Below, piece by piece: positions 51,531-64,000 of a DNA stretch of 64,000 nucleotides (positions are counted from its first letter, which is position 1; every line of letters starts with the position of its first letter). The translations under genes were made by a program, and so were the position numbers. Source of the stretch: Vermamoeba vermiformis (lineage: Eukaryota); NCBI GenBank assembly GCA_045837725.1, contig JBEWZL010000013.1, forward strand, positions 434,001 to 498,000, given 5' to 3'. Under the pieces are notes generated by a model. It had not been told where the DNA came from and made no database searches. It saw only the letters and a program-made list of their open reading frames with translations.

Positions 51531-53422
51531 ATGGACATATCAAAGGTACCTTTATTTATTGAGCATATTCTGCCTATGAACATTTTAAACCGATATTTCA
51601 CGCGATTAGCCCACAAATTAAAACTTAAATACCCATTTAGTTACCAAAAATTCAAATAAATGCACAAGTATATCAAATGAACGTACCAAGGTCCCATTTT
51701 AATATTTTTACTATTCAGAGCGGTTTTGATTATCTTCCAAAAGAGATATTGAAACAGATCACCTCGTATTTGGACCAAAGCTCAATTACCTCTATAAGAA
51801 CCGCAAATAGATTATTTAGAACGTTATTACTTAGCACCAATTTCACGATTGATCCCATGAATGTTGACTTGTCAGATTTGGGTGAACGGCTCCTGAAGTA
51901 CTACAATACAACATTAGTTGGCCTCGAAATAGCCGGCGACGAAGAAATCAACAGTCTTAGCTTATTCGAGAGTATATCAAAGCTATCCAATTTATCAGCA
52001 TTGACTAAACATCTGCGTAGCGCAAGCGAGATCTTCTATGGCGAACACGAGTGGCTGAAACTGACTAATTTGACCAACTTGTACGAGTGCGATTATGCCA
52101 GTGATGCCCCATTGTCATTATTATCATATTGGTCAAACCTTACGCAGCTTTACTACTCGCAATCGGAAAAGTCTGCCACGCTGAAAGAAATTCTACAAAA
52201 ATTATCGAAGCTAGAGGCCCTGACAATACACGATATTAGAGACGAATATATCGAGGAGTATAACAGCATGTTCGATTGGGAAAATACACCGAGCACATTA
52301 ACAAGTCTGTCTTTATATCACTTTGAAAGCCTCAACGGAGGTGCCTTCAAAAACATCAGAAGCTATTCACAAGTCAAAGAACTGTCATTTAAAACAAAAG
52401 ACGAAAGTTTGAGAAATTTCCCGTTCAGTGAAATGAAACAGCTACGAGAATTAACGCTGGATGGGCAGGATGTGGATCTGAGCACAAACACCAAACTGTC
52501 CGCGCTCATGTTCGCGCAAGGAAATAGTTCTTTAGCGAAATTATGCAAGCTGAGCAGCGCTATAATTGAAGTACGGTCAACGGATTGCACGTTCTTAACT
52601 GGACTGACGGATCTGGAAGATCTGGACATCACAACTTCAGAGGATTATACTATTGATAGCCAGCTTCTATCGCTCATTAGTTCCACTAGATTATCAAGAT
52701 TATGCATCACAGCTCACCAACAGATTTATTATGGAGAGTTATCGAGATTAACGAGTTTGCAAGATCTGACGATTTACGAACAAGCGCAATTTAAATCGAG
52801 CGGAAAAATTAAGTTCAGCATGTTGAGCAAAATAGTCTCGTTAACTGTGCTAACGGAAAATATCGAAGATTATGAAGAGGTTTCGACACTGACGAATCTG
52901 AGGGAGCTACAATTGGAGACGTTGCTTGGACTTAATCTTGAAGGAAAGGCGTTTAATTTAACTCTATCTACGCTTTCCAAATTGCATTTGTTGCAAGTGG
53001 TCAATGTTCCAATCCCAAACATCGAGAGCGAGTTCAGAGCCTTGAAGAATTTGACCAATTTATGCTTCGATTTGAACGATAACAGCGACTACACATTCTT
53101 CGAAATAGTGCCGTTGAAATACTTTAACAATCAGAACGTGGTGCGGTCGCGTGACTTTTGGACATCAGTTACAAAGTGTACGACATTAGAGTCCTTAACG
53201 CATCATACTGGCTCGCCTGAAGAAGTCATCAGCAGTTTGACAGCATTATCGAGGTTGCTTTATTTGGATCTGTCCTATGAAGGACGAATCAACTCGGAGG
53301 ACTTGCTGTTATTGACTTCTCTTCGTGGACTTAAATTGGATCCAATAGGAGATGGGCAGTACATTCTTGAAGATGACTTGCAGGATCGCATGCCGTGGTT
53401 GGATAGTTTGTCTTACTACTAA
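51531..53422 (+). CDS. F-box/leucine-rich-repeat protein
   Basis: Micro-exon MDISK, then SGFDYLPKEILKQITSYL (F-box); many LRRs. Confidence 0.85.
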
Positions 53423-53598
53423 CCGTCTTTGTTGTAAGATCCGTAATTTTGACTCACGTGTCATTGTACAGTATCAAAATCTTACAATTTCAACTAACTA
53501 CACGATAATAATTTAAATTATCATTAAATTTTGTTTCTACGCGATAATGTTCCGTTTTTTTTGTCATCTGGCCTGAAATTGCAACACAACTCATAACA

Positions 53599-55149
53599 AT
53601 GTGCAAGAGGGTTGATGGATTTCAGATCGGCGTGTCGATATTGATCTTCTTATTGTATCTTGGTAAGCGAGCTTCTTAAGCAAGATCGAAAAACGGAAAA
53701 AATCGGATCTTAGCGCGGTTTAAGTCTAATAATTATTAATTAGGTACTATAACATCTGTTATATTCCAATTATTTGGCAGTGGTTTCTTTGGATGGATTC
53801 AAGCACTCCTTTTTACCGCTGAAGTTGGCATGATCTATTATACCTATTTTAAGACGGGATTTATGTCTGCTGGAAGGGTGCCTCATGATTGGGTGCGTAA
53901 TTGAATATTTTAAAATTATTTGAAATTATTTACCGAAATTTTCTAAAATTACTGGCCAACGTCGCCGATTTAATTTCAGCTTGCAAGGTCAAATCCACAT
54001 TTTATTAAATTTTATCGAGGTGATATTTGTTGACCGCGGCGTTCTCTGCATGACTTTAGATTTGACATAAAATTAATATTTAATAATATTATTTACAGCA
54101 ACCTGATAACAGAGTGTATTATCCACTACCCGAAAGGAAGAAGAAACTCACATATAACAATGGGCAAAATCCTGTAGATCCGTTGCAAGCTCCAGATCCA
54201 AGGGCACCCCGATTCTGCGACACGTGCAATCAATACAAGCCACCTAGAACTCATCACTGCAAATATTGCAACAAGTAAGCATCATAATATTAATGACCTT
54301 ATTTATATAGCACGATCAAAACATTTGAATTTGGTTATTTTAGGTGGGCTCCTTTACGTCCCAAAATCTCGTTATCTTTTTTGAATTCGTCATGATCTTG
54401 ATATATTATACGTCCTATTAACCGAGTACTATAGATGCACGGTGAAGATGGATCATCATTGCCCTTGGGTCAACAATTGCGTGGGTCACAACAACCACAA
54501 AATGTTCATTTTGTTTCTGTTCTACGCGTCCTCGGGATTGGCTTACGTCGTTATTATCAGCATTGTTCGTGCGTACCAGCTATTAATGCTCGTTAATAAG
54601 GTAAGATAACAGCCAAAACATTTCGCAAACAAATCGTATCGGGTCGATCTGGATGCCACTACTTACGAAGCGCGTACTAACCTATGAGTACAATAGGGTA
54701 ACAAACAACAGCCAGGCGACCTTGTGATTGTCATTTTGATCGCTGTGATGGCCTTCTCAGTCATGATGGGCATTCTCATGCTGCTCATCTTCCAGCTCGA
54801 AAACGTGTTGAAAAATGTCACGACTATTGAGCGGGATAGTGTTGAACCATTCAAACGCAAAGCTAGACGAGAGAAGAAGGTACGAATATTATAATATTAT
54901 AATTTCTCCTTCGTATCTATGAGCAACAGAATTTTGGAACGCGATCGCAAGCTTGGTTTTCTGACTTGTTTTCTTTTACAGAAGTTTTACTATCCTTATC
55001 AAATGAAGTCTGACTATACCAACTGGACAGCCGTATTCGGGGAGAATAAGGGCGACTGGTTGAAACCCACTGAAGGCACCAGCCATGACGGAACTTTCTG
55101 GGACATCCGCGAAGAATTTTTGGAACTTACTCGCTTCGAGTCTGTTTAA
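53599..55149 (+). CDS. DHHC palmitoyl acyltransferase
   Basis: [16 protein letters not shown]...[18 protein letters not shown] and TM segments. Confidence 0.96.
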
Positions 55150-55409
55150 TTGCACGCAGAAAATCAACACTGTATTACATGTACATAAATGTATAAATAT
55201 TTCAATCACATTTTGGATCTTCTGTCGGAGTTAAACTTGATAAAAATTCTGCGCCCTGGTTTAGGCTAATGCAAGAATTTCAGACGATTTTTTAGCAGTT
55301 TAATTAATTGAAGCAGCACGAAAGTAACACGTGTGATAAGTGCACATTTCGTCTTGCTGTCTGTGTATATTTTATTTTGTTTATTCTAAATTGAATCCGA
55401 TAAAAGAAA

Positions 55410-58400
55410 ATGGATTCAACTGCTGTTGCTACAGCCGTCAAACTTTGGGCTTCCATGCACAAAGATTATATCAATTTCGAGAATATCGATGAAGGAAGCT
55501 TTTGTATTGCCTTGTCGGTGACTCCCCAAAAGCATCAGTTCCAGATCTTCTGCCAACAAGACAGCTGGAAACCAATGGTAAGCAAATTTAATCTCATAAA
55601 TTAGTTAAAATCATTTGCATGCTTTGATCATCGTTTAAATAATTTAAGCACACTAAATTTTAATATTTTTCTCAAGACTCGTAATTATTTGAATTTTCTG
55701 CTTTTGGACAGAATTAAATAATTACTGATCGTAGCAACGTACCGTAGTATATAACGGTTTTACGATGATTAGACGGCTTATAGTGACGGAGAAAATTTTT
55801 TAATTAATTTTTCTTTTTGCAGTTTGTTGTTTCCGAAGATCCGGCTTTAAATGATTGGGTTACCACGATCAACAAGTATATTCAAATGTTCAGCAACGGC
55901 GTCAATATAGAACAATTTGTTGCCGAATTGGAAAAGACTCTTACTAAGATCTTCCCTGTAAGTCGCGCTATTAATTCTCAAAATTTAAAAATAATTCTTA
56001 CAATATTACTCCACTTGTGAATATCAATAATACGGTCTAATTTTATTATTTAAATAGAAAACAGCCGCTACTCCGACCGAACCGAAAGTAACCGTCTCAG
56101 GTAAGAATTTCAGAATCAATTCTTTTATTTGCTATAATCATAATTAACCGCTATATACTTATAGCACCTTCGTTCAAATTGCCTGATAATATTTTGCCGA
56201 ACGTCGAAGTTGTTTCACAAGACACGGCCGACAAAATCAAACCGAGCCTTACCGTTCCTGGATCCAACGTTGCGACTGCAGCGCTTGGTCAAACTGGCGA
56301 GACTAAGCCACAAGCAGAAGAGACTGGCGGCAAAGATATGGACACTGTTCGTAGCCAAATCATGAAGTGGATTGGCGAGAACACGTACGTCAACGTGACA
56401 CTTGAGTCGATTCAGCCTTCGTTCCAAGTCGAGCTTAGCATTGGATTTCCTAAAATCAAGTTCAACATTTTATTTACGAATGAATGGAAGCCTATGGTAA
56501 GAATACTTATTAATTCTTTTGCAACGAAAGTTCACGTTTTAATTTTGTTACCCTATTTAGATTATTATGTCCGATAGTCCATTCTTGAGCGAATATCTAA
56601 CACCTGCAAATATTATGATCGAAGGTAAGCAATTGTAATTTTTCTGTGCGCAGTATGTTAACTTTGTGGGATCAGATCGCATGCAGTCAGGCGAGCCCAT
56701 GCAATTATCGGAGTTAATGAACATGTTCGCGTTGGCGTACAATGAAGGCCAACAACAATTCCAAGAACAGCTCAATTTGGACAACAAGCCAATGGTCGAC
56801 ATTGAACCCAACCCCGCGACCAACACTGAACCCAATATTGGAGATCCTACTGAAGTCGCTCCTCCACAACCAGAGCCTGACGTTCCTCCAGAGATCCCAA
56901 CAGAGGAAGATTGGATCATGACCATCTTTCCTTCAATCAGACGTCATTTGGTAAGCTCAAATCGGTACCCGAGAATGCACGAGCTAGTGCTAATGCGATT
57001 GACAGGAAAATGACAACTTCCAGCCGTGGGAGGTTGAAGAGTGGGTGCGTCGAGTTGACAAGGCTCGTCACACTTCGAATGACGAAGGTGTGCGTTTGAT
57101 CCGCTCTGAAATTCTCGGAGGTGCCGCTGCTCCGCCAGAAATCAACAAATTTATTCCTAAGTGGCGATACTTGTTTGGTCCCAATGCCAATGCCAACGCG
57201 AACAACCCTACTGAGGCAGACCCAAACAACATTCGATACAAATATAACACGAAGGACGGCAGCGAAGAGGCCACGAAGAGATTGATCGAAGAAATTCAAC
57301 AGTTGACAGCGCTCGGTGACACAAAGGCTACGTTGGGATTTGTGGCTAAACCCATTGGCAAGAATTTGTTCCAATGGAGTGTCATTTTGACTGGCTTCAA
57401 AGCTGACTCCGTGCTCGGCCAAGATTTGATCGAGTACTCGTTGAAACATCGTTCGCAGAAGAGCTTGGACGAAGGCAAGGTTATTGAGCCCAGTGACATT
57501 GTCTTCGAAGTGAAGTTCCCTGCCGATTATCCTCATTCCCCACCACTCTTCAGGTACGCCAAAAATGCTCCATCTCGTGCGTATGTGCTAATTTGATTAC
57601 AGATTAATTCGACCCCGTTTGATTGTGCCCGACAACGTTGATTTCGGCTTTGCTCCTACTGCAAATGCCAGCAATAATAACAATAACGTGCCCAACACAA
57701 ACCAACCAGCCAGCAATTCAACTACTTTCAGCGAGTTTGAGCGTCAGAAGGCCGCGTTGAACAAGGGCAAACATCCTTTGTCCATGTCTATTCAAATCGA
57801 GCGTCACTCTTCGAATGCTTGGAACCCTCAGCTTCACATCGTCGACTTGGTGAAGAGAATCAGAAACGTGCTGGAGACTGGCAACATTCGTGTCGACAAC
57901 ATGATGAGCACAAAGGAAGGCTTGCCCACTGTTGGCTCGTTCTGGAAGACTTACAGATGCATTTCAAGCCGAAACATTGGTCGCGGTGACGCCGATCAAG
58001 GAGGAAAAATCTTCTTGCCTACATCATGCGTGGAGCTTTTGTACGGCGAGAACGATACCCCTTCTTGGCGTGGAGGATTCCGTCACATGGACGACGAAAG
58101 CGATGACGACGACTCAATGGATGTAGATAGTGTTCCCAATGGACCAATGGTCTTCGAGATTTCATCGCGTAGCGGCAAGCGCTCCTTCGTGGGTGTTTTG
58201 GAGTTCACAGCACCTGAAGGATATGTCGCACTGCCCACTTGGATGATGGAGAACTTGATGGTCAAAGAGAGCGATCCATTGCAGATCCGACGTGTCAAGT
58301 TACCTCGCGGACAGTTCTTGAAGTTGCAGCCACACAGCGACAAGTTCTACGAAGTCGGCAATGCCAAGGCCATGTTGGAGTGGGTACTTAGAGGCTTCAA

Positions 58401-59468
58401 CGCCCTTGCTGTTGGCGACACCATCCACGTGAACCACGACAACAAAGAATACAAATTCGATGTACTTCATGTCGAGCCTGGCCAAGCTATTGCTATCACT
58501 GATAGGTACGTGTTCTAAGTCAATTTGCTTCAGTGTACTAATATGCATGTAGTGATCTCAAGGTCGATTTTGCCGAGCCGTTGGAGGGTTCAAAAGACAC
58601 GGGCAAGAGCAGCTTCGCTACTGACAAGCCAAAGACCAACACCAAGCCTGGTGTGTCCATGAGCACTGAACTTCATCGTGATGGTCTGCTGTCATCTGTT
58701 GAAATGAACAGGTACGATGAAGAGGAAGACAAGGAGAACAAGAAAAAGGCGGCCGCTAAGGAGGCTGTTGGCGCTGCTTCTGGACGATTGGAAACAGCCG
58801 ATACAGACGTTGAAGGTGTCAACTACAAAGTGTGCGAGACCTGCCGACAGAAGATTCCTATGGCCTCGTACACCATGCACTCTATCTCGTGCCCGAGAAT
58901 CAACTGGTTCTGCGAGAAATGTCACACTGTCGTTAAGAAGACTGAGCGACAGTCCCACTTGGACACTGCCCACGCAGTTGTCACGTGCCCTGATTGCCAC
59001 GAGCGCGTGGAACAATTCCAGTTTGAAGAGCACAAGAAAGACAAGTGTCAAATGCGTCCAGTTCACTGCCAATACTGCGAGCTCAAGATCCGTTTCAAGG
59101 ACCGCTGGGACCACGAAAAGGCTTGCGGTGCCGTCACTGAACTCTGCGAAAAGTGCAAGCGACGCGTGCCTCGACGAGAATTGGCAGTACACGAGAGTGC
59201 CTGTGACGGTTCTGGCGTGCTGTCTTCAAGCCCGAGCATGAGTTCTGGCTTCACTTTTGGCAGTCCCAGCACGAACAAGTTCACGCCACCACCGTTCCAA
59301 CGCAAAAACTCGGTCTATTTGTGCGACAAGTGCCAACACCCGTGTGAAGGCTTCGATGAGCTCCAAGTGCACATGTTGACAGTCCATAGTGAAGATAATA
59401 TGGTCGATATTATTCCGGAGAGTTTCGAGGATAAAGAAGAGAAAGAGAAAGAAACAATGCAAATGTAA
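55410..59468 (+). CDS. Multidomain ubiquitin-system protein: 2x RWD-like repeat + UBE2Q-like UBC fold + UFD1 domain + TRAF-type zinc fingers
   Basis: NLFQWSV...FPADYPHSPP (UBC); GGKIFLP, GVLEFTAPEG and FLKLQPHS (UFD1); repeated CxxC...HxxxC fingers. Confidence 0.85.
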
Positions 59469-59645
59469 TTAATAAATCAACAATTACGAATTTATAAAAG
59501 CGGTACAGATTGGGAATTTTCCATAATTGACACGTGACGCACAAACAAAAAGATTAATTTTTTAACTTTTATATTTCTTTTTGTTTTTTTTTTCAGCTCT
59601 CTTCCAACGCACTGCCAACGGAAACTCGAGGCCTTCGAATGCTCG

Positions 59646-62600
59646 ATGCAAATTTCTCGGATCCTATTCAGTTTGGTGAGTTCTAACTGGATCTGTTTCA
59701 AGCACTAACGTCGCGTTTAGGCTATCGCTAGTATATATATTTTTGGTATAAATGCTGCAATAGGACCAGGTATACAAAGTCAATAACGATTTTATTCCAG
59801 ATTCGTCGGTTAATTATTTTTGAAAATTATTAAATCAATAATATTCCCTTATTTTAGAGTTATCAAGTATATTTCCGAGTGCAGGACCGAACGATGGAGG
59901 TTTTACAGTGACGGCGAATGGTTTATTCGTGGATGCACAGGGCCAAGTGCTCACAAATGGAATCGCTTGTCAATTTGGAGCATCACTCGTCAATGCAGTG
60001 ATTGTCAATGCAAGAACGATCACGTGCACAGCTCCGTCATTCTCTATTGGCAAGACAAGTTTCAAAGTTTTGGTGAACAACGAACAATGGTCGAACACGA
60101 CCCTCACTTTCACCTTTTACAGTAAGTACAAAGAAATTACTATTAAAATAGCATTAGGATCGAAATTGTTTCTTAAATAATGCTTTTTATGTTGAAGGTT
60201 GTTCCGCTTTATCCAGCGCAGCTCCGTGCACCGATTGTATTTCGTTGCCGTTGTGCGGTATTTGCATTCCAACAATGCAATGCGCATCACTGACATCGTG
60301 CCCAAGTGGATTTGTCTCAAAGTGTCCAACAATAACTTCTATATCGCCAAATACAGCTTCCATAAATGGTGGTAAGTCGATCAAGATGCAATCATTGATG
60401 CAAGAGCTAATCACAACACAAGGCACGAACTTGACAGTGACATTTGACACTTCCATTCCTCAAACGATGAGTTACGAATGCAGTTACGGCACATCAATCA
60501 CGAACAGTGCAACACTCGCAACAGTGATCTCATCTCACTCACTCACTTGCGCACCTCCAATGGTGACAAACAACGATTGGACCTCAACTCGTGGAACAAA
60601 CAGAGAAGTGGTGGCAGATCTCGTCATCACAGTGGACTCTTCTGTTCAGTTCGCTTCGAAATCATCATCGATTTCCTTATTTGGTAATAATGTCATTCAC
60701 TGAATGTAGGACTTTGAGCTGACATTGATAATGATGATTAGATTGCGATACGTATGGACAAGACTGCGAGTCATGCAATAGTGCTCGTACGAATGGTGCG
60801 TGTGCATTCTGTTTCGATTCTCAATCGTGTCGTTACAGCAATGTCAGCTGTGCCACAACAGGCACTTGCACATCGATCACATCAGTATCACCATCAACAG
60901 TGTTCATCTCAACAGTGCAATCAGGTCAAACCATGACTGGTACGTACTTTAAATGAGTGATTTGACGAGATCTTGCACTTATGACGCCTTCAGTCTCAGG
61001 AGTCAGTTTTGCACTGTTCAACGGTCAATCATTTGTTTGTGCCTTCGACTCAGTTGGTGACTCGATGAGCACGAGCTCAGAAGGCATCTATCAGAGCCCA
61101 TCATCACTCACATGTGACATTCCAAAGAGTTTGAGTGTTGGTGCACATTCAGTGTCTCTTTGGTTGTACAACTCAGTAGCGGGTAGTTTTGCACGAGTGG
61201 TGCCCAACTTCGATTTCAGCATCTACGGTGAGTGTTTCAACATCGTTGAATGCCGAGGACTAACGTAGTGTTCGTCAGACTGTGAGACCAAGTCATGCAC
61301 AACATGTCTCGATGGCACACGTCCTGAATGCATCTATTGCACCAACACAGCTTCATGTGACCACTCGTCATCATCGTGCTCATCAACAAAGCTCACATCG
61401 TTGTCATCTTGTCCAAGTAAGTGTTTGACTTGTCATCACACAAGAACTAACTTGAGTGCATTAGCGATAAGCTCAGCGATGCCAAACAGCTCACCATTGA
61501 CGGGTGGAATAACAATCGCGTTGAATGGGTCATTGAATGCAAGTGTGCTCGATGATCCAACCAATGTGAGTTGTGTTTGGACTCACGACAGAACCTCCTC
61601 TGATGTGATACTTGCATCACTTGTCACAGCGAACAGCGTACAATGTTTATCACCGGCTGTATCTCATCCAGTCATCGGTAGCGTGCACTTGACAGCACTT
61701 GGCAACACAGAGCCATGGACCAACTCACTTCCATTCTCTTGGTTTGGTAAGTGCTGCAGCAACAACCGTTGAATAGTTCGCTAATCTGTCAGATTGTGCG
61801 AACATCACTAGCTCATGTGGTGACTGTTTGAGTGCATCACAGAGCTGTCGATGGTGCATCACTCATTGTGCAACAAGCTGTGATGGTGCAAGTCACGAAC
61901 TGAATGTGTGTCCGATAATCACATCAATCACTCCATCATTCATTCGAGCAAATAGCGATGCACAACAAGTGATCAGAGTGACTGGAGGACCGTTCTATGA
62001 TGACGTTGAGCATGCTTGTATGTTTGGTGACTTGACAGGAACAGCGCTGTTCATCAATTCGAGCACCATTGACTGCGCTGCTCCACTGTATCTCAGTGAT
62101 GACACGACACTTTCGATCACTGCGTATGGTCAGCCTTACACGAATGCAATTGACATTCTTGTCTCCGGTATGTTTGATCGATCACTTGACAACACTCAAC
62201 TGATGGTGATGAGTTGTAGGCTGTCAGAACATCAATGGCTCATCGTCATGCTCATCACAATGTACTGAACAAGAGCACTGTGGCTGGTGTGTTGCATCGA
62301 GCACGTGCTCAACACAAGGGTTCTGTTCACCCTCACAAGTACTGTTGGATGAGTGCATAGATATTTCCGTCAGTCCGAGCATCTTTGGAGTGAATTTGGA
62401 CACGACGGCAACAATCACAGTGTCACCTCGAGTGCCACAAGTATGGTACTCGGCCAAAAGAACATCGATTGCAATAGCCGGTCTCTATTGCTTCCTATCG
62501 ACGGGCAGTTCGGTTCCTGTACTCATCACTAGCGCAACGACTCTTACTTGCGATCTGCCTAAATTGACCAATCCAAGCAGCGAGCCAGTCTCTCTGACAA

Positions 62601-64000
62601 TCAAGTTTCAGAATCAAACACTAGCTGGTCCAGTCGTGCTTGAAACGATCGACTGTTCTTCTTACGGAGTGTGTGAAGAATGCCCGTATGTACCAGGTCA
62701 TATTCGAATGTATCAGCGCTAACCAAAGTAATATTTGCAGGTCAGCTTGTGTTTGGTGCTGCAGTAGTGGATGTCAATGTGCGATACCTTATAGTTGCGA
62801 GTATTCTTATGATTGTGGCAGTCCATCAGCTCCTGCTTTGCATCCCGAAATAGTGTTCCCTGCCTCGATTATTCCACCAGTAGTTGTTGCAGTAGGAATA
62901 GCAGTTCTCGTTGTTTTACTGAAGCGTCGCAATCGAAGAAGAAAAGCAATGAAAAATCAAGAACTCACCAATTACACGTCAATTGACTCCGTGCAAGGCA
63001 AACACAAGAAAAAGACGACGAAAGTTCTGAGTAAGTCCAGCATTGTCTATAATTATCGGACCCTTCTCACGCTATCCAGACACGATCAATCAGAAGATGG
63101 AAATTCCATTTGCATCGCTCGAGATGAAGAAAGAAATAGGCTCAGGAAGCTACGGCAAGGTCTATTTAGGGTAAGTAATTCATCACAAGTCTCACGTCGT
63201 TCGAATTTAACTTTGGTAGACAATGGCAAGGAGCAAAAGTTGCAATCAAAGTGTGTGCATCGATTGCAAACATTGACGGATTCTTTGACGAAGCAACACT
63301 CACAATGTAAGTCAAATCGCACTGAATGAATGAATCATACTGACTTATCTCGCTTTAGTGCACTCCCTCCGCACCCGAATGTTGTGCAAACATTTGGCAT
63401 CAGTGTTGACGGAGCATTGCCGTGCATCGTGCTGGAATACTGTGGCGGTGGCAGTCTCGACAAGAAGATATTCAACAGAGATGCATCGTACTCGTCTGAA
63501 GATCAAGTTCGATTGATCAAAGGCATTGCTCGTGGACTGTTGCACCTTCACACAAACAACATTGTTCATCGTGATCTTGCTGCACGAAACATATTGGTAC
63601 GTACATATCATGATACTTTACATCAATCATGTTGTTAACGAATAATGTGTTTTTACAGCTGACACGTGGAGGCAAACCTAAAATCTCTGTAAGTGTCAAA
63701 GTGTCCACACATTTGATATGATTGGCTAACATGAGTTTCATTTAGGACTTTGGCATGTCTCGACTTCTCAAAGAAGAGTCACAAAAAGGTCAAACAAAGT
63801 CAACTGTTGGTCCGTTGAAGTGGATGGTAAAATTCATTTTGATCAGAGACACCTTTGAGTCAAGTGCAGTGAATGACAATACCATTATCTCATCATGTCT
63901 ATCATAGGCTCCAGAAAGTATTCGAGACAACAGCTACAGCACGAAGAGTGACGTGTGGACATTTGGCATATTGAGTAAGTGTCGACAATAGATACTTTCT
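59646..64000 (+). CDS. Receptor tyrosine kinase(-like) with alternating IPT/TIG and PSI-like Cys-rich modules; 3' end outside window
   Basis: Signal MQISRILFSLAIAS; repeated I.SISP...GG and CxxC...C.WC modules; TM followed by KRRNRRRK; kinase IGSGSYG, HRDLAARN, DFG, GPLKWMAPE and KSDVW. Confidence 0.92.

Overview
Compact, intron-rich eukaryotic DNA. Introns are short GT-AG with CTAAC/CTAAT branch points, the genetic code looks standard, and several head-to-head gene pairs are under 200 bp apart. The gene set (hybrid histidine kinase, IPT/PSI receptor tyrosine kinase, F-box/LRR genes, PA-7TM protein) suggests a free-living amoebozoan; this is inference. I assembled about 29 spliced protein genes by hand, including POLD2, a CMTR1-like cap methyltransferase, MRT4, RPB6, Cu/Zn-SOD, MSH6, alpha-tubulin, eIF4E, TSC1-like, a DHHC palmitoyltransferase and a UBC-UFD1-TRAF fusion, plus three tRNA genes. 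The most notable observations are: (1) a structurally intact CAU-anticodon tRNA with non-Met features (G37, U73, Cys/Thr-like body); (2) a shared upstream element ACGACYTSGT before all three tRNAs; (3) a stand-alone FLASH N-terminal-like protein; (4) tandem GATC motifs and a TGACACGTGTCA palindrome concentrated in introns; (5) several bacterial- or giant-virus-like genes and degenerate enzymes. Gene boundaries were read manually and family calls come from motif recognition, not database searches.
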